64,000 nucleotides of DNA from a bacterium (GCA_021786315.1 JAJYNN010000002.1:204402-268401), one strand, 5' to 3'. Positions 44,350-54,566 are shown, counted from the first letter of the stretch. Program-made: numbers and translations. Notes: generated from the sequence alone by a model not told the origin.

Positions 44350-44730
44350 CTAACCCGGTGATTTCTTGTTCATCCAGGGAAGACCGGGCAGAATAGCAGA
44401 ACAACGGACGATGACACTATTGTGAATTCGACTACCGGGGGGATTTGGTTGATAGGGTATCATTGCCCGATTCAGAGCATCCTCAATTGCGTGGGGAAGC
44501 TCTATCCCTAACGGATCCATCCTGAGGTCTAGTTCCGGAACATCGGCAATTACTCGTAATGCGCGGCTTTTAGGATATTGATAATCAGTGGGCACCCACT
44601 GGATTTCAACATCGAAGCCGTGTTCGAACTTGCCTCTCTCCAGAGCACGCCTAAGCGTTTTGGAGATTTCTTCTTTCTTAACATCATCGATGAGTGTACC
44701 TTGGTCTCGGAAAATGGTGATAGTGATCAA
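44350..44730 (-). CDS. Hypothetical protein (weak tautomerase-like N-terminus)
   Basis: TTG start after AAGGAGGG; ITITIF...KKEEISKTLRRAL. Confidence 0.6.
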   Translation of the reverse strand: MITITIFRDQGTLIDDVKKEEISKTLRRALERGKFEHGFDVEIQWVPTDYQYPKSRALRVIADVPELDLRMDPLGIELPHAIEDALNRAMIPYQPNPPGSRIHNSVIVRCSAILPGLPWMNKKSPG

Positions 44731-44748
44731 ATTGACCCTCCTTTTAGG

Positions 44749-44982
44749 TTATTTCTGAGTTACCCGGCCGTTGTAGCGACACCCGCAATATATACCACGA
44801 GTTTCACCAGTACCGTGACAAACCGGACAATTAGGATCTGTCCGGAATGTGGGCATGCCCCTGCCTGCTCGCAGGTGCAACTCCTCTTGTCGGATAACTT
44901 CTGCTCCTTTGCCCCAATCTTTTGGTGGCTGTTCTGGTCCTGGCACCTTTTTCACCTCATACGTAATTTTGGTTTCCTTCAA
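44749..44982 (-). CDS. Small CxxCxGxG zinc-finger protein, possibly 5'-truncated
   Basis: CPVCHGTGE..YCGC; in-frame ATG at 45018 is separated from it by a TAG. Confidence 0.5.
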   Translation of the reverse strand: MKETKITYEVKKVPGPEQPPKDWGKGAEVIRQEELHLRAGRGMPTFRTDPNCPVCHGTGETRGIYCGCRYNGRVTQK

Positions 44983-45091
44983 GCATGGCTAGAGAAGTGA
45001 GTTGGTAATTTCCTCCATCTTAGCCTCTAGTATTGGCTCCGAGTGGAATTGGTTGGGTTTGGTACAAGGATTGTAACAATGAGCACTTCAA

Positions 45092-45295
45092 CTACTCCCT
45101 TCGGGCTTCTCGCACCATGATTTCGATTAGCGTGCTGGTGTGATTTTCACACAACGCGCGGACTGCTTCTGGAGCAGTATCTCCGTAATCTCCGCAGTCA
45201 GTTCCGGTAAATGATGCTTCAAAGCAAGGCTCTTCCCGGGTAATCGTGATGATTCCTGAGACGAACAATCTCGTCTCTCCGACCGGCCATTCCAT
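45092..45295 (-). CDS. Small HicB-like fold protein
   Basis: FEASF..TDCGDYGDTAPEAVRAL resembles the HicB G.T.EEA motif; SD GAGGAGG. Confidence 0.55.
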   Translation of the reverse strand: MEWPVGETRLFVSGIITITREEPCFEASFTGTDCGDYGDTAPEAVRALCENHTSTLIEIMVREARRE

Positions 45296-45375
45296 AGTAT
45301 CCTCCTCGAATCTTTGTAGCCTTGGTTTTACTTGATATCCTTGCTAAATAGAAGATCTGTAGAGTCCAGCAATGG

Positions 45376-45552
45376 TTAAGATAATAACCGAACCCAGCCG
45401 ATGATTTGGACACTGGAGCCCACAAGTACAGCGGTTGGGGGATACCAACCAGGGGCTCTTCCTTCTCGAGTTGCCCACATCCAGCGGTCGATCCCCGCAA
45501 GGAATACAGCAGTTCCTGCAATGATGGTGAGTACGTAGACTAGCCAGAGCAT
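45376..45552 (-). CDS. Small two-TM membrane protein
   Basis: MLWLVYVLTIIAGTAVFLAG...; SD AAGGAG. Confidence 0.6.
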   Translation of the reverse strand: MLWLVYVLTIIAGTAVFLAGIDRWMWATREGRAPGWYPPTAVLVGSSVQIIGWVRLLS

Positions 45553-45732
45553 GTTTTTCTCCTTCCTATTGAAATAACTTTCCGCAAAACTGTTAAAGTG
45601 CCTACCAATTAAGAAATAAGAAGATTCAAAGCCCAAGGGAATAAGCGTCAAACACCCATATCTTGAACCTTACCTCTCCCGATTCAAATTGATGGGTGTA
45701 TTTTAAAGGAAACGGGGAAGAAAATCAAAAAA

Positions 45733-45990
45733 CTATGAGCCTTGTTTTTTCTTTTCCCCTTCCAGGGTTCTGGTTCCGGGAGGTTCCTTTTGGCCAATGG
45801 TGGTTCGGGGGCCGCTGTGTTTTACCCTGCCTTTTTCATCAATGTAAGTTGGAAATGCTGTGGTCTCGGCTCCGCTGATCGCTTCATCTCCGGCGTTATA
45901 GTCTTGCGGTGGGGTCCCCACCTGATGGGTCCGGGCGGCGCTGTATTGTTTTAGATTCTCCTCCGGCCTTTTCTTTTTGTTTTTCATCAA
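45733..45990 (-). CDS. Hypothetical charged protein
   Basis: ORF track only. Confidence 0.5.
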   Translation of the reverse strand: MMKNKKKRPEENLKQYSAARTHQVGTPPQDYNAGDEAISGAETTAFPTYIDEKGRVKHSGPRTTIGQKEPPGTRTLEGEKKKQGS

Positions 45991-46082
45991 GTTAACCTTA
46001 AGGGTTTTAGTTAAGAGGAAGATAAGGTGCGGGTAATAACTTGGTATAACTTGGGAATTGTAGGACTGAACCTGGGAAAATG

Positions 46083-46153
46083 CAGGGGTACTAGGACTCG
46101 AACCTAGAAAAGCAGTTTTGGAGACTGCTGTGATACCATTTCACCATACCCCT
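46083..46153 (-). tRNA. tRNA-Trp(CCA)
   Basis: AGGGGTATGGTGAAATGGTATCACAGCAGTCTCCAAAACTGC...GGTTCGAGTCCTAGTACCCCTG; anticodon CCA. Confidence 0.93.
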
Positions 46154-46204
46154 AAACATGCTAAGTATACCAAGTGGGGGTAGGGTTTTCCAGGTGAAGT
46201 AGTG

Positions 46205-46375
46205 CTACTTAATTTTAGTCTCGCTATGGGAAGTGGCTTTGCGGCATTTTTTGCAGTATTTATCCAAGGCTAATTTTTCCTTGGTTTGCAGGGTATTCTT
46301 GGATGTGACGTAGTTTCTGCTTTTGCAAACAGAACACTCTAAATAAAAACTTTGTCTCGCACCTTTTTTGGCCAT
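46205..46375 (-). CDS. rpmG: 50S ribosomal protein L33 (zinc-binding type)
   Basis: LECSVCKSRNYVTSKN...KYCKKCRKATSHSE. Confidence 0.95.
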   Translation of the reverse strand: MAKKGARQSFYLECSVCKSRNYVTSKNTLQTKEKLALDKYCKKCRKATSHSETKIK

Positions 46376-46660
46376 AGCTAGGGAATTATAACTTGAATGG
46401 GGTTCGAGTTTCAAGCTTTAATTGGAGTGAGTTCCCGAACGACAATTATGGCTTATATCCTAGGTTATCCTTTCTGCGCAACCCTTAGGCCAATTTGACA
46501 TGACTCCTATCTTAAGAGATGATGATTTAAGTTAGCTGCAAAAGATCTGTATAACGCAGGGAGTAAGTTTTCTAACAGACAAAAGACAGAGGTCTTGTTA
46601 TACTCTTGAGTTGTCCGCTTCTAAAAGTTTGGAGAGGGTGTTTCGCTTTTATCTATTAAA

Positions 46661-47392
46661 ATGTCTGAAAAAGAGGGGAGCTCTTTCTCTCAGGAGTCCA
46701 CAGAGGGAGAAAGTAGTTATGAAGGACATGTGGCTGTTTTTGAACATGAGGCAAGGAATTGTCTATCACTTGTTTTAGGTAAAGCCCAACTTCTGGAAAT
46801 ATTGATGCGGTCATCACCGACCGTGACACCAACAATGGTGGCAGCGGTACAAACAATTGTCCGTGAATCCAGGAATTTAGGCAGCCTGTTGATGGATTTA
46901 AGGATGGGGGAAGGTGAATTTGTTTTACGCTCCCGTTTTTTGGATATGCGGCCAATTCTTTATGCTACGGCGGAAGCGGCAGCTACCTTTTCCCCGGTTC
47001 ACAATCTCATTGTCGACGCTCCGGAGGATCTCCCGCAAGTTTTTGCTGACGAGGAGCGTATAGACCTGGTTCTCCGTAACTTAGTTTTAAACGCCATTAA
47101 ATATTCTCCCAAAGGGGGAGAGGTAAAGATTTCCGGAGCAGAAGAGGGGGATTTGGTCAAAGTGTCCGTTAAGGATCAGGGTTTAGGGGTTCCTTTAGAG
47201 GAAAGGGAACGGATTTTTGACAGGTTCTACCGGATCCAGACAGGGGAACACTTTGGTATCCGGGGAACCGGGATCGGCCTGAATAATGTTAAAAGGATTA
47301 TTGATGCTCACGGCGGCCGGGCCTGGGTAGAAAGCGCGGGGGTAGATAAAGGGTCTACTTTTTATTTCACTTTGCCCCAAGCGGAGAAATAG
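46661..47392 (+). CDS. Orphan soluble histidine kinase (HisKA-like + HATPase_c)
   Basis: HEARN H-box, NLVLNAIKYS, DQGLG, FDRFYR, GTGIGL, GSTFYFTLP; no sensor or TM. Confidence 0.88.
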   Translation: MSEKEGSSFSQESTEGESSYEGHVAVFEHEARNCLSLVLGKAQLLEILMRSSPTVTPTMVAAVQTIVRESRNLGSLLMDLRMGEGEFVLRSRFLDMRPILYATAEAAATFSPVHNLIVDAPEDLPQVFADEERIDLVLRNLVLNAIKYSPKGGEVKISGAEEGDLVKVSVKDQGLGVPLEERERIFDRFYRIQTGEHFGIRGTGIGLNNVKRIIDAHGGRAWVESAGVDKGSTFYFTLPQAEK

Positions 47393-47393
47393 A

Positions 47394-47468
47394 TGGAGCC
47401 GACTGTCGGGATCGGACCGACGACCTACTGTTTACAAAACAGTTGCTCTACCACTGAGCTAAGTCGGC
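47394..47468 (-). tRNA. tRNA-Thr(TGT)
   Basis: GCCGACTTAGCTCAGTGGTAGAGCAACTGTTTTGTAAACAGT...AGTCGGCTCCA; encoded CCA. Confidence 0.93.
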
Positions 47469-47471
47469 AAA

Positions 47472-47541
47472 CGTGAGCCGAAGACGGGAATAACACTACT
47501 TTTCGCTGCGCTCAAAGATGTTGTTCTCGTTTCTGGCTCAC
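47472..47541. repeat. Duplicated tRNA-Thr 3' end folded into a family E hairpin
   Basis: cgtgagccgaagacgggaat (vs cgtgagccgacaacgggaat at 47551) + aacaCTACttttcgctgcgctcaaaGATGttg + ttctcgtttctggctcac. Confidence 0.75.
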
Positions 47542-47554
47542 TCGAAGACTCGTG

Positions 47555-47626
47555 AGCCGACAACGGGAATCGAACCCGTGACCCCGTTCTTACCAAGAAC
47601 GTGCTCTGCCACTGAGCCATGTCGGC
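47555..47626 (-). tRNA. tRNA-Thr(GGT)
   Basis: GCCGACATGGCTCAGTGGCAGAGCACGTTCTTGGTAAGAACG...GGTTCGATTCCCGTTGTCGGCT. Confidence 0.93.
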
Positions 47627-47762
47627 ACGAGTTCAATTTTACCAAATGAACTACTCCAGAGTAAACTGTGGAGTATCCCTTCGGGCAAGTTCTTCTGTGA
47701 ACCGTTTTTGTTAAATATTCCGGTTCAAGAACAAGATCAGGAAAGGAAACTGTGAGAAGGTT

Positions 47763-47794
47763 AAAAAAATCCAGTCCCAACGCTTGGGACTGGA
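47763..47794 (-). terminator. Intrinsic terminator
   Basis: Minus TCCAGTCCCAA-GCG-TTGGGACTGGA-TTTTTTT. Confidence 0.85.
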
Positions 47795-48018
47795 CAGGAA
47801 TGTTCGAAATAATCTCAGCTGCTTGGCCGTGTTTTGAGAGTTTTTCCCCTTAGGAACAGGTGGGAATCTTACCACATTCAAAAAGATTGTGGACTCCAGA
47901 TCAACCCGTTATAGGTTAACGATGGAGGAAAATACGATCTCAAATTGCGAACGTGCCAAGCAGTATCGGGAAGGATCTTGCGATCTTTAACCCATCTACT
48001 TTGTCACTTTATGTGACA
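47763..48018 (-). ncRNA. Candidate ~255-nt structured ncRNA (6S-like rod)
   Basis: Promoter TTGACA-17-TAGGAT (48052-48024), nested stems, GCAA tetraloop hairpin, terminator; no ORF. Confidence 0.6.
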
Positions 48019-48080
48019 TCCTTATCCTAGTAAATCAGGGGGTTTTTGTCAAGCAAAAATGGGGTTGTTGCAAAGGGCTT

Positions 48081-50240
48081 TTAGGGGGTTTTTGATCTTG
48101 AAGGAGTAGGTGTAAAGGTAGGTGTAGGGGTGAGTGTTGGGGTGGGTGTCAATGTAGGTGTAGGCTTCCTGGGAGTTGGGGTTGGAGTTAGGGTAATTGT
48201 GGGCATGGACGTTGGTGTTGGGGTTATTATTGTGGTTCCCGGCCTTGGGGATGGACTGGGTGTGGGTGATTTACTGGGGGTGGGGGTAAGCTGGGCTGCG
48301 GCACACCCGGCAGCCAGAGGCATTCCCCGGACAAAGTATTCCTGATAAGAAGATGACCCGGCTTTGCAGGTGATAGCCAGAACGTTTCTTGGCTGGGTGA
48401 ACTTTTCTACCGGTCCGGTAGAAAAATGCTCAATCAAACCTCGCCAAATAGGGGCAGCGCCCAATGATCCGGCGATATTATCCATGACTGTACCGTCGTT
48501 ATTTCCGACCCAGGCCCCGACTACTAAAGATGGGGTGTAACCCATGGTCCAGGCATCTTTATAATTTTCGGTGGTTCCGGTTTTGACTGCCGCGTTGCGG
48601 TTGTTATCCAAGGCGTTACCAAACTCTTCCCGGCGGGCATTGGAATCAGACAAGATTGAGGAAATGAGGTAGGCTACACCCGGGTCCAGGACCGGCTGGG
48701 GATTTGGTTCGTACGAATAAACCACCCGGTTTTGTTTATCGGTAATCTCTAAAATAGCTGTGGGGTCATTTTTGACCCCGGCATTGGCAAAAACTGCGTA
48801 AACAGTGGCCAAATCAATCAACTTCACTTCACCGGCCCCCAAGACCAACGCCAAACCATAACGGCTGGGATCATCCAAAGTAGTAATCCCTAAACGGTGG
48901 GCCATATCAAGAGCGTTGCCTACTCCTAGTTTTGACATAACCTCGACTGCCGGAACATTTAGGGAGTTGGACAGGGCGCGCCTGACGGTGACGCTGCCGC
49001 GGAATTTACGGTCATAATTTACAGGCGAGTAAGCGGTGTACCCGGTGGAGGCATTCTTGTATGTAGTCGGCTGGTCGTGAAGGATAGTTGCCGGGGTGAT
49101 TAAATTTCTCTCCATGGCGGCGGAATAAACAATGGGCTTAAAAGATGAGCCTGGTTGGCGGGGACTTTCCGGGATATCAACTTTGCCAAATTCGCCGTCA
49201 TACCAGTTTTTAGACCCGACCCAAGCCAAAATTTCTCCTGTTTTTGGGTCCAAAACTACTGCAGCGCCGTTACTAACCCGATTGACGGCCAGCTTTTTGA
49301 CTTGGTCGGCGACAATGGATTCGGCGTAGGTTTGCCAGTCTAAATTGATTGTGGTTTTTACTTTGAAACCGGAACGGGAAACAGTCTCTTCCCCGTATTT
49401 TTGGACCAGCTGGTCGCGGACCATCATGGCAAAATGAATACCAATATTGTTCAGTTTTTCATCCTTCTTTTGGAAGGATAATTTCTCGTTTTCTGCTTGG
49501 TCTTTTTGGTCTTTGGTAATGTACCCCTGGTCCACCATATCCTGCAACACTAACTTTTGTCTTAATTTGGCTTCTTCCAGGCTGCCGGAGATGGGGGAAA
49601 ATTCGGAAGGGGCTTTTAAAATTCCGATCAAAAGAGTACTCTCGGCTAGATCCAAGTCTTTTGTGCTTTTGCCAAAATAAGTCTCGGCTGCGGTTTCGGC
49701 CCCAAACGCCCCTTCGCCAAAATAAACCGAGTTTAAATACATCTCCAAAATTTCCGCTTTGGAATACCTTCTCTCAATTTCATAGGCCAAAACTATTTCC
49801 TGGTATTTCCTTAAAAAGCTTTTTTGGGGTGTTAAAAGGGAATTTTTAACCAGTTGCTGGGTTAAAGTTGAACCTCCGTAGGCCAATTTTCTTTCCTGGA
49901 TGTCGGCAATAATTGACCGGATAATGGCTTTAATAGAGAAGCCCTGGTGTTTATAGAAATCCTTGTCTTCGATGGCAATAGCGGCGTGCTGCATGTCGGG
50001 AGGAATCTCTGAAATGGGTACAAAAGTTTTGTTTTTAGCCTGAAAAAGGGTAAAAAAAGGAGTTCCGTTCCGGTCCAGAAGGGTGACGCCGGTGTCGTTG
50101 CTGTTCATGATGGTATCTTTGCTGGTTAACTGGGCGGCAAAATAGGTATAGGTTACAACGGGAACAGCTAAGGAGAAAATTAAAATGGAGATAAAGGCCG
50201 TAAAGACATCACTCCAGCCGATTGAGAAGACCCGTTTCAC
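48081..50240 (-). CDS. Class A penicillin-binding protein with Pro/Thr-rich tail
   Basis: IEDKDFYKHQG, GGSTLTQQLVKN, RQPGSSFKP, SLN, KTGT; GTG 50240 follows a TATCAT -10 box (ORF track start 50324). Confidence 0.92.
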   Translation of the reverse strand: MKRVFSIGWSDVFTAFISILIFSLAVPVVTYTYFAAQLTSKDTIMNSNDTGVTLLDRNGTPFFTLFQAKNKTFVPISEIPPDMQHAAIAIEDKDFYKHQGFSIKAIIRSIIADIQERKLAYGGSTLTQQLVKNSLLTPQKSFLRKYQEIVLAYEIERRYSKAEILEMYLNSVYFGEGAFGAETAAETYFGKSTKDLDLAESTLLIGILKAPSEFSPISGSLEEAKLRQKLVLQDMVDQGYITKDQKDQAENEKLSFQKKDEKLNNIGIHFAMMVRDQLVQKYGEETVSRSGFKVKTTINLDWQTYAESIVADQVKKLAVNRVSNGAAVVLDPKTGEILAWVGSKNWYDGEFGKVDIPESPRQPGSSFKPIVYSAAMERNLITPATILHDQPTTYKNASTGYTAYSPVNYDRKFRGSVTVRRALSNSLNVPAVEVMSKLGVGNALDMAHRLGITTLDDPSRYGLALVLGAGEVKLIDLATVYAVFANAGVKNDPTAILEITDKQNRVVYSYEPNPQPVLDPGVAYLISSILSDSNARREEFGNALDNNRNAAVKTGTTENYKDAWTMGYTPSLVVGAWVGNNDGTVMDNIAGSLGAAPIWRGLIEHFSTGPVEKFTQPRNVLAITCKAGSSSYQEYFVRGMPLAAGCAAAQLTPTPSKSPTPSPSPRPGTTIITPTPTSMPTITLTPTPTPRKPTPTLTPTPTLTPTPTFTPTPSRSKTP

Positions 50241-50326
50241 TGGTTTGATGATAATTTTTGAGCTTAAGTTGTGAGTGAAAAGTTGGAAAGAGAAATGTAA
50301 GTAGAAAATATTGGTATAATCCACCC

Positions 50327-51163
50327 ATGACTGAGTTTGATTTTCCTTTAAGTTCAGACGACATTTTTGCCGCGGAAAATATGCGAGTTCCTAATCCTCG
50401 AGGTTCAGCGGAAGCTACCAGAGCGGTAATGGAGTTTCCTATGGAAAGATTCGACAGGCTTTCCGATGATGGCAGAAAGCGGGTATTAATGGCTGCCAGA
50501 ATTTATGAAGTGTCGCTCCGGATGTTAGCTAAAGCTGCTAATGAGGCTCCCACTGTAGCCCATTATTTGTTTGGTATGAGAAGAGCAATCACCAATGTTT
50601 ATTATCATTCGGATGTAAGGCTTGCAGCTGCTGCCCTTCACACAGACACCAAAGATAACCCTTACGATTTTGATATGGAGATGCTTGATGACGAAGTTGA
50701 ATACGGTATGTTGGTGGCAGCTTTAACCGGTAGGACTGATCTATTGGCCTCGGCAGTGCGGATTTTGGACAAGGCAGTAGTTTTACCTTCCGAACCCACA
50801 AGACAAACAGTTAATGCATTCAAAAGAAGAAGGTTGGCTTACCGCAATCATCCCTCAAAAGACAATTTTCTCTCGTTAAGAGACGCATACCGGAATGCCG
50901 TCCAGTCATCCGGGGCAATTGGACGATATGAGAGGTCATCGACAATTGCTGCCCGGTTCGCCTTTGACGCCTTTGGGTCGCATCATTTTCTGGATGCCTT
51001 GGGTGGTATGGCGGTTTGTGCGGAAGATGCCTTAAGACAAAGGTCAACACTAAAAATCTTACCCAGGGAAATTGGTAAAGAATTAACTCAAGCTAAACGG
51101 GAGGCTACCTGGAGAAAAACAACTCCGCCTTTTACGGATTATTCCTACTTGGCTTTGCCTTGA
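50327..51163 (+). CDS. Hypothetical helical protein
   Basis: 278-aa ORF; TGGTATAAT 6 nt before ATG. Confidence 0.7.
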   Translation: MTEFDFPLSSDDIFAAENMRVPNPRGSAEATRAVMEFPMERFDRLSDDGRKRVLMAARIYEVSLRMLAKAANEAPTVAHYLFGMRRAITNVYYHSDVRLAAAALHTDTKDNPYDFDMEMLDDEVEYGMLVAALTGRTDLLASAVRILDKAVVLPSEPTRQTVNAFKRRRLAYRNHPSKDNFLSLRDAYRNAVQSSGAIGRYERSSTIAARFAFDAFGSHHFLDALGGMAVCAEDALRQRSTLKILPREIGKELTQAKREATWRKTTPPFTDYSYLALP

Positions 51164-51402
51164 GGCTTATTCTTAGAGGAAGTGGAGACGGCTTCCTGAT
51201 TGTTAATCCGCTGGAGGACCTCGTTAAGTTCCCGGTAAGTGAGTCCGGTGTCGGTTAATTCGTCACCATGGTTGGGTTCCAGAAGGGGCCGGGCATTGGA
51301 ATCGGCATAAATACGGACTTCGCCGATCTGACCAACAAAAGGATCTACTTGAGTAACCTCGCCGTTTTTGGAAACTTCAATCAGGCTGAATTCCAGACTC
51401 AT
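51145..51402 (-). CDS. Hypothetical protein
   Basis: MSLEFSLIEV...; TATAAT-like box just upstream. Confidence 0.6.
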   Translation of the reverse strand: MSLEFSLIEVSKNGEVTQVDPFVGQIGEVRIYADSNARPLLEPNHGDELTDTGLTYRELNEVLQRINNQEAVSTSSKNKPQGKAK

Positions 51403-51407
51403 CTTAA

Positions 51408-52823
<1,416 letters not shown>

Positions 52824-52859
52824 TTTGCAATCTAGAAATGGTTGTGCTACAACTAGGCC

Positions 52860-53100
52860 AAGAGGGGTAAGTTTAAAAGACAATCGCGTCTTAAAAAGCT
52901 TTACCGCTCCTTTTTCTTTTCGCACGTTGACAATTTGCGGAAAGTTTTTTACTTTACGAAGCTAACTTCTGACATTTCATTGTGGTCCCGAAGGTGGGCC
53001 TAAAAAGCGGGTAATCCATAATTATTCACTTTTTAGGCCTATCTTCGCTGTCACTTAGAAACTAGGGTGTACGGATGCCTTAGCAAAAAGTGACCTTGGG
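52860..53100 (+). promoter_or_regulatory. Long structured 5' leader (three hairpins, boxA-like motif)
   Basis: Follows TTGCAA-17-TACAAC; hairpins 52862-52908, 52997-53039, 53050-53094; GCACGTTGACAA at 52922. Confidence 0.45.
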
Positions 53101-53151
53101 ACGGAGTGTTAGATAGGATGGTTGATCCGAAAAATAAAAAGGGGGAGATAA

Positions 53152-53670
53152 ATGACTCCTGGTCACAAATTCCTGGTGTCTGTCTCAATTGTCTTTGCCC
53201 TCGCCGTCGGCGCGGTACCATTGATTTCATCCCGCCTCTCGCCAGAGGCGGCCATGCTGACAGCGTTCCTTGTTGTCCCATTCATCCTTGGTGTCCTGGT
53301 CAAAGAAGGTTCTTGGACCAACGGCGCCAACTGGGCTGTATACTTGCCTTCAGCATGTCTTATGTTACTCGTCTATAGCGTCCTGGCTGCATTGAACATC
53401 TCGCAATTGCCTCCGCTTTTGGATGTGGCTATCGCCGCTGGGGTAACTCTCCTTGCTCAAAACCTAAACAGTAACGAAGGTGTGCAAGGGGCGATCTACC
53501 TCGTTGTGTTGATTGCGACCGGATTAATTGCAGTTGATGTTCAGACGCCGCTGTTGCCTGCGGTAATTGTAGCCCTCGGTTACGTCGTTGCTTTGGCCGT
53601 CAATTCCCTGACCGCTAATAACCAAACATCATCCACAGCAACAGCCGGCCGTACAGCCAGACCAGTCTAA
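53152..53670 (+). CDS. Hypothetical multi-TM membrane protein
   Basis: About 6 hydrophobic segments; SD GGGGAG. Confidence 0.7.
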   Translation: MTPGHKFLVSVSIVFALAVGAVPLISSRLSPEAAMLTAFLVVPFILGVLVKEGSWTNGANWAVYLPSACLMLLVYSVLAALNISQLPPLLDVAIAAGVTLLAQNLNSNEGVQGAIYLVVLIATGLIAVDVQTPLLPAVIVALGYVVALAVNSLTANNQTSSTATAGRTARPV

Positions 53671-53814
53671 GTACTCTCGTTGTCATAAGTGTAATGTCCT
53701 AAGTTCTTGCGGGAAAAGGCCGTCCCTTTCTCCCGCTCCAGGCTCAAAAAGTCTAAACAATCCGCAGAAAAATCAACTTGTTAACGCCAAAGAAGGCCTA
53801 TCTGAGCCCGCTTA

Positions 53815-53839
53815 GAAAACGCCGACTTTGGCGTTTTTC
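53815..53839. terminator. Hairpin terminator between convergent genes
   Basis: GAAAACGCCG-actt-TGGCGTTTTTC. Confidence 0.6.
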
Positions 53840-53843
53840 GTGG

Positions 53844-54476
53844 TTACTGAATTCCTAAAACTAAGTGGGCGAATTGGAGAACTTGACCCAATAAAAAGCC
53901 GATGATGGTGGTTCTGCCCACTGGAATTAAGAGTAAAAAGAGCAGGATAAACAATCCGTACCTTTCAATTTGCTGGAACTGGATAGCCAGCTTTGGCGGC
54001 AGGAATGATAATACAATCTTTGATCCGTCAAGCGGGGGAATCGGGATTAGGTTAAAAACTGCCAGGATTAAGTTAATATCCACGGCAAACCCCAGGGCGT
54101 TAAGGATTAAGGAGTTGTCTGAAGGCAGCGCCAGGTGAAAAAGCAAAGCTGCCAGGAGCGCTAAACCTAAATTGGCCAAAATCCCGGCAATGGAGACAAA
54201 AAACTCACCTTTGCGAAGATCCCTAAAATTGTAAGGGTTAACCGGAACCGGTTTGGCCCAGCCAAAAAGGACAGGGGAGCCGGTAATAATTAAAAGCAAA
54301 GGCAAAAGGACGGTTCCGATGGGGTCGATGTGTGGCAGAGGGTTTAAGGTTAACCTTCCCGCATATTCAGCCGTGTGGTCCCCAAACCTTAAGGCCATAT
54401 ATCCGTGCATGACTTCGTGGAGAATTACTGAAAAAAGGATTATTACGATAATGAGGGCAAAAAGAGCCGGTACCAT
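53844..54476 (-). CDS. Site-2 protease (M50 family)
   Basis: HEVMHG, GRLTLNPLPHID, FNLIPIPPLDG. Confidence 0.93.
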   Translation of the reverse strand: MVPALFALIIVIILFSVILHEVMHGYMALRFGDHTAEYAGRLTLNPLPHIDPIGTVLLPLLLIITGSPVLFGWAKPVPVNPYNFRDLRKGEFFVSIAGILANLGLALLAALLFHLALPSDNSLILNALGFAVDINLILAVFNLIPIPPLDGSKIVLSFLPPKLAIQFQQIERYGLFILLFLLLIPVGRTTIIGFLLGQVLQFAHLVLGIQ

Positions 54477-54566
54477 ACCAAGATTATATTTGTTTCAGTC
54501 CAAAAAAGATATGTCCTTCTTCACTCCTGTTGCATCAGAAGCTAATAGATGTTAAACTTAGCCGTT

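Noticed and set aside
44040-45018. Amber (TAG) recoding in the small-ORF cassette
   Set aside because: An in-frame TAG near 44990 and in-frame adjacency at 44056 are suggestive, but most downstream ORFs have their own strong SD and host genes use TAG as stop; chance or decay is sufficient.
43441-45990. Intact prophage
   Set aside because: No integrase, terminase, capsid or replication gene; only a small cassette.
47538-47780. 80-aa ORF
   Set aside because: Overlaps tRNA-Thr(GGT) and a terminator; spurious.
48090-48290. GGTGT/GGGGT-rich repeat
   Set aside because: Simply encodes the Pro-Thr linker tail of the PBP.
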